IMG/VR virus record: IMGVR_UViG_3300025085_003231
Source of the DNA: an uncultured virus (IMG/VR IMGVR_UViG_3300025085_003231)
Lineage: Duplodnaviria; Heunggongvirae; Uroviricota; Caudoviricetes
Length of the DNA: 64,000 bases
Strand: one strand, 5' to 3'
Shown: positions 28,553 to 37,313 of the stretch, piece after piece
Position numbering within the stretch: the first letter of the stretch is position 1
How the letters are laid out: every line of letters begins with the position of its first letter
Translations under genes and position numbers: made by a program
Notes under the pieces: model-generated
What the model saw: the letters and a program-made list of their open reading frames with translations, nothing else
Told to the model about the DNA's origin: nothing
Databases searched by the model: none

Positions 28553-29209
28553 TCAGACTCCTCCGTTAGCAGGGGCCATTGAAGCACGGGTTTGTTGCTC
28601 AATGAGGGAACGCTTATACCAATCAACATTGTTTGGATTGATGGTGACACCAAGTTCCAAAAGTTTGTTTGCGATGAGTGCATCAGGACCGTCGTAAAGA
28701 GTGTATTTCACGAAAGCAGCAACAACTTGTGTAGTTGTGCCGTCCATTGCGGAGTTGATACTGTAAAGAATCTGGAAGACTTGACCAGGTAGAACATAAA
28801 CATCTGGGTAGAGGTCAAAAGACTTCAAGAGGTTGTCCTTGGTGTATGTCAAAACAGTTCCTGCAACGCCGACTCCAGAAGGAGAGCCACGAGGGTAAGG
28901 ACTTGCAAGACCTGGGATACCACGCTGACGGGTAACATCTGGGTTCTGGAAGTAATCAGTGGTGTTGATTCGGATTTGGACTGAGCCACCGAGCCAAGGA
29001 GAACAAGCAATGTCCTCAATAACGATAAACTGGGTTGCAGTTGTTTCGGCTGGCTTGGTAATGTTGTTTCCGTATCCGCCGATAAAAATATCAATTTCTT
29101 GTTCGGTCGGAACTGTAACAGGAACATCACCTGTGGTTCTTCGTAGGCTACTGGATTGACCTGTTGGGGCAAGGTTACTCCATTCATATACTTGGCTTCT
29201 CATACTCAT
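28553..29209 (-). CDS. Putative major capsid protein 1 (beta-rich, possibly single jelly roll)
   Basis: 218 aa; GNNITKPAETTAT, INTTDYF, LYPDVYVLPGQV and KYTLYDGPDALIANKLLE are identical in both paralogs. Confidence 0.6.
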   Translation of the reverse strand: MSMRSQVYEWSNLAPTGQSSSLRRTTGDVPVTVPTEQEIDIFIGGYGNNITKPAETTATQFIVIEDIACSPWLGGSVQIRINTTDYFQNPDVTRQRGIPGLASPYPRGSPSGVGVAGTVLTYTKDNLLKSFDLYPDVYVLPGQVFQILYSINSAMDGTTTQVVAAFVKYTLYDGPDALIANKLLELGVTINPNNVDWYKRSLIEQQTRASMAPANGGV

Positions 29210-29265
29210 AATAATCACTTTTTGTTGCACAGTTGCTGTGTCTAATATTATATGGTATTTTTGAC

Positions 29266-29272
29266 TATATAA
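29266..29272 (-). promoter_or_regulatory. TATA box (TTATATA) for the capsid-like operon
   Basis: AACCTTATATAGTC, giving a leader of about 35 nt with an RBS. Confidence 0.65.
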
Positions 29273-29295
29273 GGTTTTACCCATTTCGGGGGATT

Positions 29296-29922
29296 TTAGA
29301 CAATCTTGTTGGTGTTGAAGGGGTAATTACTCCAGTTGATAAATGGGAATCCATAAGAATAAGTAGTGATGGGTGGAGCAATCATATTAACAAATACTTG
29401 AACATCCATCTGAGCACGAGTCATAATTAGTGCGGTCCGACCAGCAACTAATAAAAATACATTGCCATCACTCCAAATCCAATACCTGTGGCGGCCTTGA
29501 GTAATAGAAAGAGTTTTTTTTCCACGAGTAGATTCAAACCACTCTGAAGCAGAGAGGAATTCTCGCTGGGTAGCGTAGTGTGGAACCCCAGTTTTTTGTA
29601 AATTGACATAAGTGGCTAACCATTCACCATCTACAATCGGATAGTAATCTGGAGCAATAGCGGTCACGGCTTGTTTCCAAGTGTCAATAATTTCATTTAT
29701 CAGAGCATCTTGACTCTCGTTTCGGGTATCCATCAAATAATATATTCCCTCGTAATCAATAATGCCGTGGGTGGTGTCATCGTTAATACAGCCAGGATAT
29801 TTTTTCCTCAAGTCCCTCACAATTTCTGCTCGGCTATGGGAATCATCTCCTGAATATGCAGGAACGGAAGTATTAAAAACATTAAGAAAGAAAGTTTCCA
29901 GACTATTTTGAAAGTCTTGCAT
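29296..29922 (-). CDS. Hypothetical protein
   Basis: About 208 aa; start uncertain. Confidence 0.6.
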   Translation of the reverse strand: MQDFQNSLETFFLNVFNTSVPAYSGDDSHSRAEIVRDLRKKYPGCINDDTTHGIIDYEGIYYLMDTRNESQDALINEIIDTWKQAVTAIAPDYYPIVDGEWLATYVNLQKTGVPHYATQREFLSASEWFESTRGKKTLSITQGRHRYWIWSDGNVFLLVAGRTALIMTRAQMDVQVFVNMIAPPITTYSYGFPFINWSNYPFNTNKIV

Positions 29923-29936
29923 GGGCGATACCCACT

Positions 29937-30656
29937 TCAATTCTTGTTATAGAGTTCCTTGGCACGGTTGTAAAGAGCGGAGCCTTTACGGATAGGTTCA
30001 AAACCTGTGATTCCTAAATCCTTGCGAGCCATACCGACTGCACCAGACCAAGATGAAGAACCTTCAGCCCGCTTGCTCATGCGCCATGGCTTGTCTTTAC
30101 CCTTTGGCTTAGATGTATCGGTGGACATCTTGGTTTTTGGCTTGCGGGAAACTCGCTTGGTAGTAAATCTCTTTTCCATAGCGGCTTCATCAATTTCTGC
30201 GGCGAATGATTCGCCTGTTTCAGTTCCTGCATCAGAAACATCATATCCATCAGGAGATGCTGTGGCTTGAGGGGTGTATGATTCAGGAGATGCTCCTTCC
30301 ATACCAGCAGGTCCACCTTCAGCAGACATTAACTTAGAATCCTTTTTGATAACAATTCCCATATCGTCGCCCAAATCTTGGACAAATCCAGCCATGGTAG
30401 ACACAACAGGTAGGTCTACAACACGGTCTACGAGAGGAGCCTTTCGCATCTTGCCGAGCAAAACACCAAGACCCATAGTAAGAGGAACGATTCCCATAAC
30501 ACGGCCCACAGTTACATCCATACCGCCCAATAGTGGGAGTTGTGAAGGTAGTGACCCGATTCGGTAAGCCAAGACATCAGAAAAACGAGTGCTAAAAAAT
30601 CCTGCTCCAATCAATAAGAGAGAGCCACCGACTGTCCAATCATTCAAAATCTTCAT
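29937..30656 (-). CDS. Membrane-anchored AE-motif polyprotein with a C-terminal DVNP-like module
   Basis: 2 TM; MSAE, FAAE, KRAE; WSGAVGMARKDLGITGFEPIRKGSALYNRAKELY. Confidence 0.7.
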   Translation of the reverse strand: MKILNDWTVGGSLLLIGAGFFSTRFSDVLAYRIGSLPSQLPLLGGMDVTVGRVMGIVPLTMGLGVLLGKMRKAPLVDRVVDLPVVSTMAGFVQDLGDDMGIVIKKDSKLMSAEGGPAGMEGASPESYTPQATASPDGYDVSDAGTETGESFAAEIDEAAMEKRFTTKRVSRKPKTKMSTDTSKPKGKDKPWRMSKRAEGSSSWSGAVGMARKDLGITGFEPIRKGSALYNRAKELYNKN

Positions 30657-30666
30657 GTATATCAAC

Positions 30667-30918
30667 TCACATAGGTAGTTCAAAGGCTGCGCCAGAGCGA
30701 GCCTCAATGCTGAATGGGTCTACGCCAGTCAAAGTAGCGACACCCATAAGTAGTGGAACGAGTCCCATGGTTTTACCCCATGTCCAGTTCAATCGTCCTG
30801 TGAAGCCCCAAGGCTTGCTCATCCAACTTCGTTCTGTTGCAAATCCGACGAAAATTGCGCCTGTGAGGAGCAAAGAGCCGCCGATAGTCCATTTGTTAAG
30901 TAGTGTTCCTTCAATCAT
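30667..30918 (-). CDS. Small membrane protein, paralog of the 29937 N-terminus
   Basis: WTIGGSLLL..MGLVPLLMG versus WTVGGSLLL..MGIVPLTMG; GGTGA RBS. Confidence 0.7.
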   Translation of the reverse strand: MIEGTLLNKWTIGGSLLLTGAIFVGFATERSWMSKPWGFTGRLNWTWGKTMGLVPLLMGVATLTGVDPFSIEARSGAAFELPM

Positions 30919-30932
30919 ATTATTCACCTGTT

Positions 30933-32027
30933 TTAAATTTGTCCCATTACGGCTCCAGTTCCTTCTGCGCTAACCATGTGACGGCCAACGACTCCAGTTT
31001 TTGCACCTTCGGCGTAATAGAATGTGACTCCACGGCCAGAATTTCCAGCAGAGGGCATAACATGGCTGAGGTAAGTATCTGACTCAGCAGATGTTCCTGG
31101 TTTGACATAGGAACCGAACTCATCATAGATACTACCTGTTTGGTTAGCATAGGCATTTCCTGAAACAGTCATTGTTGCGGCTTCAGCACCGTATGAAACT
31201 GGAGGTTGTGTAGATGCAGCACCTGGATAACGAGATGCGACGAAAGAATTACGGCCACCGAGACCTTCTGCCACAGCACCGCCCACATCTACTGAGTTGA
31301 TGTAAGCACCGACTTCATCTTCCACTGGGGAATTAGTAGTAGAAGATTCTGGGGTTCCTCCGCCATAGGCTTGTTCCACTCCACCAGTTGGTGAAACTTC
31401 TTCAGCACCAAGAGTAAAATCTGCTCCGTGTCCGAGAGGTGAGCGAACCATATGAGAATACATTGGCTCTTTGCCCACGCCACGCTGCTTCATAGATAGT
31501 GTAGCAGCAACGAATGGTTCTTGGTCACCTGCGAATTGTCCCGCAGCAGTTGTGCCAGCATCGGATTCCACAGGTTGCATTTCTTCGCCTTCTGCATTCT
31601 TGATGTCAGAGTAGGAATAACCTGCACCTTCTGGGGTGATACCTTGTTGTCCGATAACACTTCCACTACCAGACTGAGGTAGTGATTCAGAAGCCATCAT
31701 TAGTGGAGCAAAGTTTCGGAAGAAAGGAACATTTAGTAGAGTCAAAGTTTGTCCCAGTCCGTATGCGATTAGAACAATACCGCCTGTCTTAGAAGCAGCA
31801 GCAAAATCAGAACTCATTTTCTGGGAGCGAACCAATAGTGCGCTACCGATTCCCAAAGTGGTTAGAACACGAAGTCCATTACCCACAACTCGGCCAGCCT
31901 TGTAAAAAGGAATCATTGTCAGGGCAATCCCTGTTACATTCGCCACAATTACACCCGCAACTCCCATATAGGTGCTACGGTCTGTGAGGGTGGACATGGT
32001 ATCGTCTACTACATTTGCGGTCATCAT
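30933..32027 (-). CDS. 3-TM protein with a Gly/Ser-rich AE-motif tail
   Basis: MASE, KNAE, LGAE, YGAE, TSAE, YYAE, VSAE; promoter at 32051-32057. Confidence 0.75.
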   Translation of the reverse strand: MMTANVVDDTMSTLTDRSTYMGVAGVIVANVTGIALTMIPFYKAGRVVGNGLRVLTTLGIGSALLVRSQKMSSDFAAASKTGGIVLIAYGLGQTLTLLNVPFFRNFAPLMMASESLPQSGSGSVIGQQGITPEGAGYSYSDIKNAEGEEMQPVESDAGTTAAGQFAGDQEPFVAATLSMKQRGVGKEPMYSHMVRSPLGHGADFTLGAEEVSPTGGVEQAYGGGTPESSTTNSPVEDEVGAYINSVDVGGAVAEGLGGRNSFVASRYPGAASTQPPVSYGAEAATMTVSGNAYANQTGSIYDEFGSYVKPGTSAESDTYLSHVMPSAGNSGRGVTFYYAEGAKTGVVGRHMVSAEGTGAVMGQI

Positions 32028-32063
32028 GTTTATTATCTCCGTGTTTTTGCTATTTAAGTTTGT

Positions 32064-32897
32064 CTAAAAAGACCTGGATGTGCGAGTGTAATTTCCTGCA
32101 TCGGCCATCTTGGTAGGTGGACGGTTAATCAGACCCGCAGAATTCTGATTAAATCCAGTTGCTGCTGTGTTTTGATACACTTGAGCACGGCTAACTGGTG
32201 CTGGAATGATTGAATCTCCCATAAAGGTATGATTCTTTTGCTTGGTGACTCCACCATAGGTTTCGGCCAAATTCATTTCCATTTGTCCGTTGTTGAAACT
32301 GCTGGCTGACACAGGAGTAGTTCCTGCAATATCTCCTGCGGTAGACATAACAGAGGTGTCGGCCACAGTGAGTCCTTCTTGGTAGGCTTCAATAGAAACA
32401 TCTCCATTAAGAGTAGAAACCACACGGTTAGCAATAGCCAACTTGGTTTCGTGAGTAATGTTTTCATCGGTTTCCAAAGCGGTGAGGAATCGGTGAGCCG
32501 AACCTTTTCCGTATTTGACAATAGAAATTGAGTTGTTATTTTCTGGCTTGTTATTGAGTCTACGCCAGAAACGACCTAACAAGGATGGTTGGTCTTCAAC
32601 AGGCGCAATACGAGAAAGACTCCACTTGCTACCGTCGGGTGACCAGTTTAGTTGCATATCTCCAAAGTCGGCTGCGAAAGCAGGAATAACTGGAGCGGGT
32701 TCTCGGAGCGTAGCGGAAGCGGCGGAATTGGGGCGCATAACTGCCACAGTTTCTCCGAACATATCATTAACATTTCTAAGGGTCTGGGGAAGTGCCTTGA
32801 GTGTGTATCCAGCACCCATGTTTTCTTCTACGCCGTGCATAGCCGAGTCCATTGGTGAACGCTTTAGTTCTCGTTGAATAGCCAAATCAAGATTCAT
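32064..32897 (-). CDS. Hypothetical protein (FAAD, NLAE motifs)
   Basis: 277 aa; promoter at 32933-32939 with AGGAG RBS. Confidence 0.7.
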   Translation of the reverse strand: MNLDLAIQRELKRSPMDSAMHGVEENMGAGYTLKALPQTLRNVNDMFGETVAVMRPNSAASATLREPAPVIPAFAADFGDMQLNWSPDGSKWSLSRIAPVEDQPSLLGRFWRRLNNKPENNNSISIVKYGKGSAHRFLTALETDENITHETKLAIANRVVSTLNGDVSIEAYQEGLTVADTSVMSTAGDIAGTTPVSASSFNNGQMEMNLAETYGGVTKQKNHTFMGDSIIPAPVSRAQVYQNTAATGFNQNSAGLINRPPTKMADAGNYTRTSRSF

Positions 32898-32945
32898 CTT
32901 TAAGACTCCTATGTTTTTATCGTGGTTCTTGCTATTTAAGTTTAT

Positions 32946-34085
32946 TCAGAAAACAGCATGGCCGTTACGAGGGAAAATTGTTTCTGCATTCAGCACAGTG
33001 GGGTCTGTTTTGGCAGTGGTTCCTGCATAAGTATCATATTTGGCGGCTTTCTCGGCATCATTCCAAGTATCGGTAATTCGGGAGGGTGCATCAGCAGGAA
33101 GGTATTGTTTAACAACTCGGCCTCCTGAAACCTTAGCAATATTCCACTCATCAATCTTCCACTGAGGGCATCCTGACTCGCAATCGGAGTTATCAATAAA
33201 AACAAAATCTGGGACTGTATAGGTAATAGTTTCGGTGAATTCACAAGTTTCTAACCAAGATTCTCCCTTTCCTCCGTGGTCTCGGTCCATCATAAGAGTC
33301 AAGTCTAATTCTGCCCAGCCACTTTCCATTAACTCAAAAGCATCGCTGGCAACACCGAATCGGAAATAGGTGGTGTCTCCTGAATTCCAAGTATTGTCTA
33401 AAAAGAGTCCATTGTAATTATATTCTTTCTCGGCTCCTTTCCAAGTTAAATTTGCCTTGTAACCATTTCGGGGAGAAATTTCAATATTAGCAAATGCTAA
33501 ACCACTTCTAATTCCTGATGGGATGGCATCCCAAGTATAAGAACCTCCGCCACCGCTTTGACAACGGCCTGAACTTTGCTGACGAATCATGCCTTGAACC
33601 TCAATGGTAAAGTAAAATCGTTTATCTTGAATCGGCTTGGAAAGTCGCTGAGGACGAACCCGAATTGCGGCTCCACCCTTCATGGGACGGATGGGTGAAC
33701 AATAACACGCAATATCTTCATCGGTTAAAGAAGTTCCGCCTCCTTGCCAATCGTAAAATTTACCTTGGCTGTTACCCTCTCCGAACCAAGAAAAAGTAGT
33801 GGCTAAATATGGCTCTAAACAATTATTGGAACACGCATTCAAGACTGAATCAGGACAGTATTCTTCTTCAGGACTCCATCCACAACTGGTGGTGTATAGA
33901 TTGCTGGAACCTGTGATATATTCCAAGCCTACTCTGGCACGAGAGCCCCAGCGAGGTTTGCTATCACTTAAACTGGAATTTCCAGTATCATCATCTCCAG
34001 AACTTTCTGGAGATGTGGTTTTAGAATAGAGCCAAGCGGCAGTTCCAAGAACTCCTGCTCCTGCGATAAGCCATGTGTTATCCAT
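32946..34085 (-). CDS. N-anchored Cys-rich beta protein, possibly surface-exposed
   Basis: WLIAGAGVLGTAAWLY; multiple Cys; NDAE and LNAE near the C-terminus. Confidence 0.7.
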   Translation of the reverse strand: MDNTWLIAGAGVLGTAAWLYSKTTSPESSGDDDTGNSSLSDSKPRWGSRARVGLEYITGSSNLYTTSCGWSPEEEYCPDSVLNACSNNCLEPYLATTFSWFGEGNSQGKFYDWQGGGTSLTDEDIACYCSPIRPMKGGAAIRVRPQRLSKPIQDKRFYFTIEVQGMIRQQSSGRCQSGGGGSYTWDAIPSGIRSGLAFANIEISPRNGYKANLTWKGAEKEYNYNGLFLDNTWNSGDTTYFRFGVASDAFELMESGWAELDLTLMMDRDHGGKGESWLETCEFTETITYTVPDFVFIDNSDCESGCPQWKIDEWNIAKVSGGRVVKQYLPADAPSRITDTWNDAEKAAKYDTYAGTTAKTDPTVLNAETIFPRNGHAVF

Positions 34086-34091
34086 TAACCA

Positions 34092-34952
34092 TCACCTTCG
34101 GCGCAATAGCATCAAAGGTGCAATCAAAGCAACTCCACAAGCGGCAATAAGAGCATAAGGTGTGGGTGTTGGTTCATCACGAGTAGATTGCATTTCTTCA
34201 ATCACAGAAATTGCTTCAGAAGCATTACGGGGAATAAGAGGTAGTATTTCCATCGGTGGGGCTCTTTCTAATTCTCGGCGGGTGCTTTCAACATCGCCAT
34301 GATTGTAATTTAATCGGCTCCAAAGTGCTGCACCAATTTTTATTTGCCAAGGTTCAGCAACTGTGCGTCCACCATTAGCAGCCTTAAGAGATGCTTCAAC
34401 ACGACTCAAACACATTTGTCCTCGTAGGTAATCAGGTGAGTGATTATCTGGGAACAACCATGCTTCGTATTCGGCTAAAGGCATTGAGGCAACTCGCTGA
34501 CTCATAGAGTGTGCAGAATAAATTTCTCGGTATTGGTCGGGAGAAACTTCAGGTGCTTGAAATGCTTCAGGCTCTTCAGGAACCATCACTTCTGGTTCAG
34601 CAGGTTCTGGGACGGCTTGCCAAGGCTCTTCAGTTTCTGGGCCAGCAGGTGTGATTTCATCTCCAGGAATTTCTGCGGCAACATCCATTTCTGGTCCCGT
34701 AGGTTCTGATTCTTCTGATTCAGCAGATTTACCTTCCTTCTTAGCCAGAATTGCCTTTTGCAATGCTTCGGGAAGATTCTTTTTCTGATTTTCAGTTAAT
34801 CCGCCTGTATTTTCTGATTCTTTAATCTCGGAAGTGACATCTTTTGCCTTGTCGGTTGCTTCAGAAGGCAACTCATTAACAATTTCGGTAGAGGTCTTAC
34901 TCAGGGTATCCTGCAAATCAACCAATTCAGGTGTTAGCACATCCTCTGCCAT
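34092..34952 (-). CDS. Acidic AE-motif protein with a C-terminal TM
   Basis: LTENQKKNLPEALQKAILAKK module, KSAE, VAAE; ALIAACGVALIAPLMLLRRR; promoter at 34975-34981. Confidence 0.7.
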   Translation of the reverse strand: MAEDVLTPELVDLQDTLSKTSTEIVNELPSEATDKAKDVTSEIKESENTGGLTENQKKNLPEALQKAILAKKEGKSAESEESEPTGPEMDVAAEIPGDEITPAGPETEEPWQAVPEPAEPEVMVPEEPEAFQAPEVSPDQYREIYSAHSMSQRVASMPLAEYEAWLFPDNHSPDYLRGQMCLSRVEASLKAANGGRTVAEPWQIKIGAALWSRLNYNHGDVESTRRELERAPPMEILPLIPRNASEAISVIEEMQSTRDEPTPTPYALIAACGVALIAPLMLLRRR

Positions 34953-34992
34953 GCTCTATAATTAGGGCTGCTGATATTTAAGTTTAATCAGT

Positions 34993-35469
34993 TCACAATT
35001 CAAACCAAGGATGTTGAAACTCTTCTTTCCAATCAATTTCTGTGGAATCTAAAATCTCAATTTCTACACTATCTCCGTGGATTCCTCGGAGTTGCTCTCT
35101 AATCCATTCAGGGGTGCTGGCTACTACTATCCAAGGCTGGTGGTAAAATCGGGAGGTAGATTCTAATTGTAAAAATGCTACTTGTGTTCCACAAGGTCTT
35201 TCTGCACACGAAAGGCGAGTCACTGTGGCTTGCATAATTTCGGGCGCAATTGGGTTTATATCTCGGGGGTCAATTTCTCCACAAGAAAATTCATAAGCGG
35301 CTACTAAAAAGCGAGGTCCAGCAGGTGTGGTGCGAATAAGCCCCGTAAAAGCATAACCTGAGAATGTATCTGGGTGAGTTATTTGCATGGCTTCGGGGTG
35401 TGCTAAAGCATATGGACCCCAAAAAGAAAAGTTATCTGGCAGCGTGTCTGCCATAAAGTCTTGAGTCAT
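34993..35469 (-). CDS. Hypothetical protein
   Basis: Start at 35469 by promoter 35492-35498. Confidence 0.7.
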   Translation of the reverse strand: MTQDFMADTLPDNFSFWGPYALAHPEAMQITHPDTFSGYAFTGLIRTTPAGPRFLVAAYEFSCGEIDPRDINPIAPEIMQATVTRLSCAERPCGTQVAFLQLESTSRFYHQPWIVVASTPEWIREQLRGIHGDSVEIEILDSTEIDWKEEFQHPWFEL

Positions 35470-35515
35470 AGGACACACTAATTGTATTACCTATTTATAG
35501 TTATGAGGTAGGCAT

Positions 35516-36310
35516 CTAACGACGGTAACGGTTAGAGTAGCCGTTAGAGTCTGGACGAGAAGCCAAATCTAATGAATAAGCACGAAGTAGTTGCTTTAAG
35601 TCCTCTGAGATAGCATCCATGTCATAATTTTGTCCTTTGTAAGCGTTTAAAATCCTTGCGATTTCAAGGGTAAATCGGGGGTAATACCATTCCCATACGG
35701 CTACATAGTCTGGCTTGTAGGCAACACATTCTTGCAAAAAAGTGGTAAAACCAACATTATATAATTGCTGTTTGTTCTTTGTTGCGCTATGATAATGTCC
35801 ACCCTGGTTTAAGCCATTCATTTGGAAAAATGGCAGAGGAACAAAAGAAGATGAAAAATTTCCTGCCAACTTCTTTCGTCGTTCAAAAATATACTGTAAT
35901 TTAGAAATTCCCCGCCTTTGACCTTCCGTAACTGGAACTGGGAAAATCTGGCCGTTACGAATAGTGGCATTTGATAGTTGTTCTTCCAACCAAGTTGAAA
36001 CTACTTCGGGGTTGGTCATAAATTGTATGGCATTTATTTTGCTATTTGTCACCCTCCTATCCAAATCGTCTCCCTGCCAAATCCACGAAGCAGAGAAATC
36101 AGCCCAATCATTATCCTTCCTTATATCTCGGAGTTCAGAAGCAAAAATTTCTTCCAAATACTTGCCGACAAAACGATTCCCGTAATAATCAATTCTACGG
36201 ATTACTTCCGTGGCTTTAGGTTCGTGCAAGCCACAAAATACTTTTCTTCCTTTCCCACACGCTTGACCTCTGCGGGGTCCAGTAGTTAATCTCCATTGGC
36301 AAGACACCAT
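35516..36310 (-). CDS. Protein with an N-terminal C3H Zn-finger-like motif
   Basis: CQWRLTTGPRRGQACGKGRKVFCGLH; start at 36310 by promoter 36333-36339. Confidence 0.7.
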   Translation of the reverse strand: MVSCQWRLTTGPRRGQACGKGRKVFCGLHEPKATEVIRRIDYYGNRFVGKYLEEIFASELRDIRKDNDWADFSASWIWQGDDLDRRVTNSKINAIQFMTNPEVVSTWLEEQLSNATIRNGQIFPVPVTEGQRRGISKLQYIFERRKKLAGNFSSSFVPLPFFQMNGLNQGGHYHSATKNKQQLYNVGFTTFLQECVAYKPDYVAVWEWYYPRFTLEIARILNAYKGQNYDMDAISEDLKQLLRAYSLDLASRPDSNGYSNRYRR

Positions 36311-36348
36311 ACTTATCAATTACCGTTACAACTATTTTAACCTTTCGG

Positions 36349-36591
36349 TCAAAAAGGAATCAAATTACGATGCCAATAATGTCCATCGCCAATGAATGTA
36401 GGAATTTGTTGCCAAAATAGTAGGGCTGCAATAGCGGCCAACATAGCCACATTCCAGTTAGAACCGATACTTTCACGAACGGCTACATAGGCTGAACCTA
36501 AGAATCCTACGGTAAATCCTACACTAATCAGTTGATTAAGTCGGAAATTAAAATTTCTGGGAACATCGTCAATTTGTTGGTTATCAGTCAT
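36349..36591 (-). CDS. Small membrane protein (2 TM)
   Basis: Hydrophobic segments. Confidence 0.65.
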   Translation of the reverse strand: MTDNQQIDDVPRNFNFRLNQLISVGFTVGFLGSAYVAVRESIGSNWNVAMLAAIAALLFWQQIPTFIGDGHYWHRNLIPF

Positions 36592-36595
36592 GGTA

Positions 36596-37309
36596 TTAGC
36601 CCCTATGTCTTCCTATTAAATATCCGCCAACGGCTGCTACGCCTGTAAATAAAATCGTCATGCCTGTAAATCTTGTGGCTTGCTTTTTCAAATCATCAAA
36701 CAATGGTTGCATATCTTCAGCACCGAACATCATGCTGATGCGGGCAGGGATTACCATTTCAGTATTGCAATTGTTACAACAACGGCCATCAAATAATGGT
36801 TGAGCATTGTTTCCATAGCGTCCATAATCGGCTCCACAAAAACAACATCCATCATCTACATCCTCGGTGATTTCTGCATCCATGCGAGTCAATTCGCCAT
36901 ATCTAATTTCTAAATTACGATAATTCTTCAAATCTTCTTCCGAAGGTTCTTTCATATCTTCAATCTCATAAAGTTGGGCCAAAATTGTATCTTCTTCAGC
37001 AGCCATCCCGTATTCTTCAAACAACTCTTTTGTTTTTAAATCCATAGGTTTTTTATTATAGACGCTTACTAAGGTATTGCCAACCCAATAATAATCGTTT
37101 CCATCATCTTCAGCCTCTCCGAACTCTTCCGTAATCAATTCTTCATCTGACATATCTTTGATAGATTCTGGGTAAATTGTTTGAGGGTAGTATTGTGAAT
37201 CACCATCTCTCACATCAAAAGTAACTAAGTAAAAGGTTTCTCCGACACGATGCTTTTTCATTCTGCTCTTTACGGAGCCATCATCTTCAGCATCAAATGG
37301 TGAATCCAT
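36596..37309 (-). CDS. AE-motif polyprotein with a Cys-rich module and C-terminal TM
   Basis: FDAE, MAAE, MDAE, FGAE; CCFCG..GNNAQP..GRCCNNCN..VIPAR. Confidence 0.75.
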   Translation of the reverse strand: MDSPFDAEDDGSVKSRMKKHRVGETFYLVTFDVRDGDSQYYPQTIYPESIKDMSDEELITEEFGEAEDDGNDYYWVGNTLVSVYNKKPMDLKTKELFEEYGMAAEEDTILAQLYEIEDMKEPSEEDLKNYRNLEIRYGELTRMDAEITEDVDDGCCFCGADYGRYGNNAQPLFDGRCCNNCNTEMVIPARISMMFGAEDMQPLFDDLKKQATRFTGMTILFTGVAAVGGYLIGRHRG

Positions 37310-37313
37310 AAAA

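Noticed and set aside
28509..28555. Stop read-through fusing the two capsid-like genes into a double jelly roll
   Set aside because: The genes are out of frame and another in-frame TGA follows; the second gene has its own RBS
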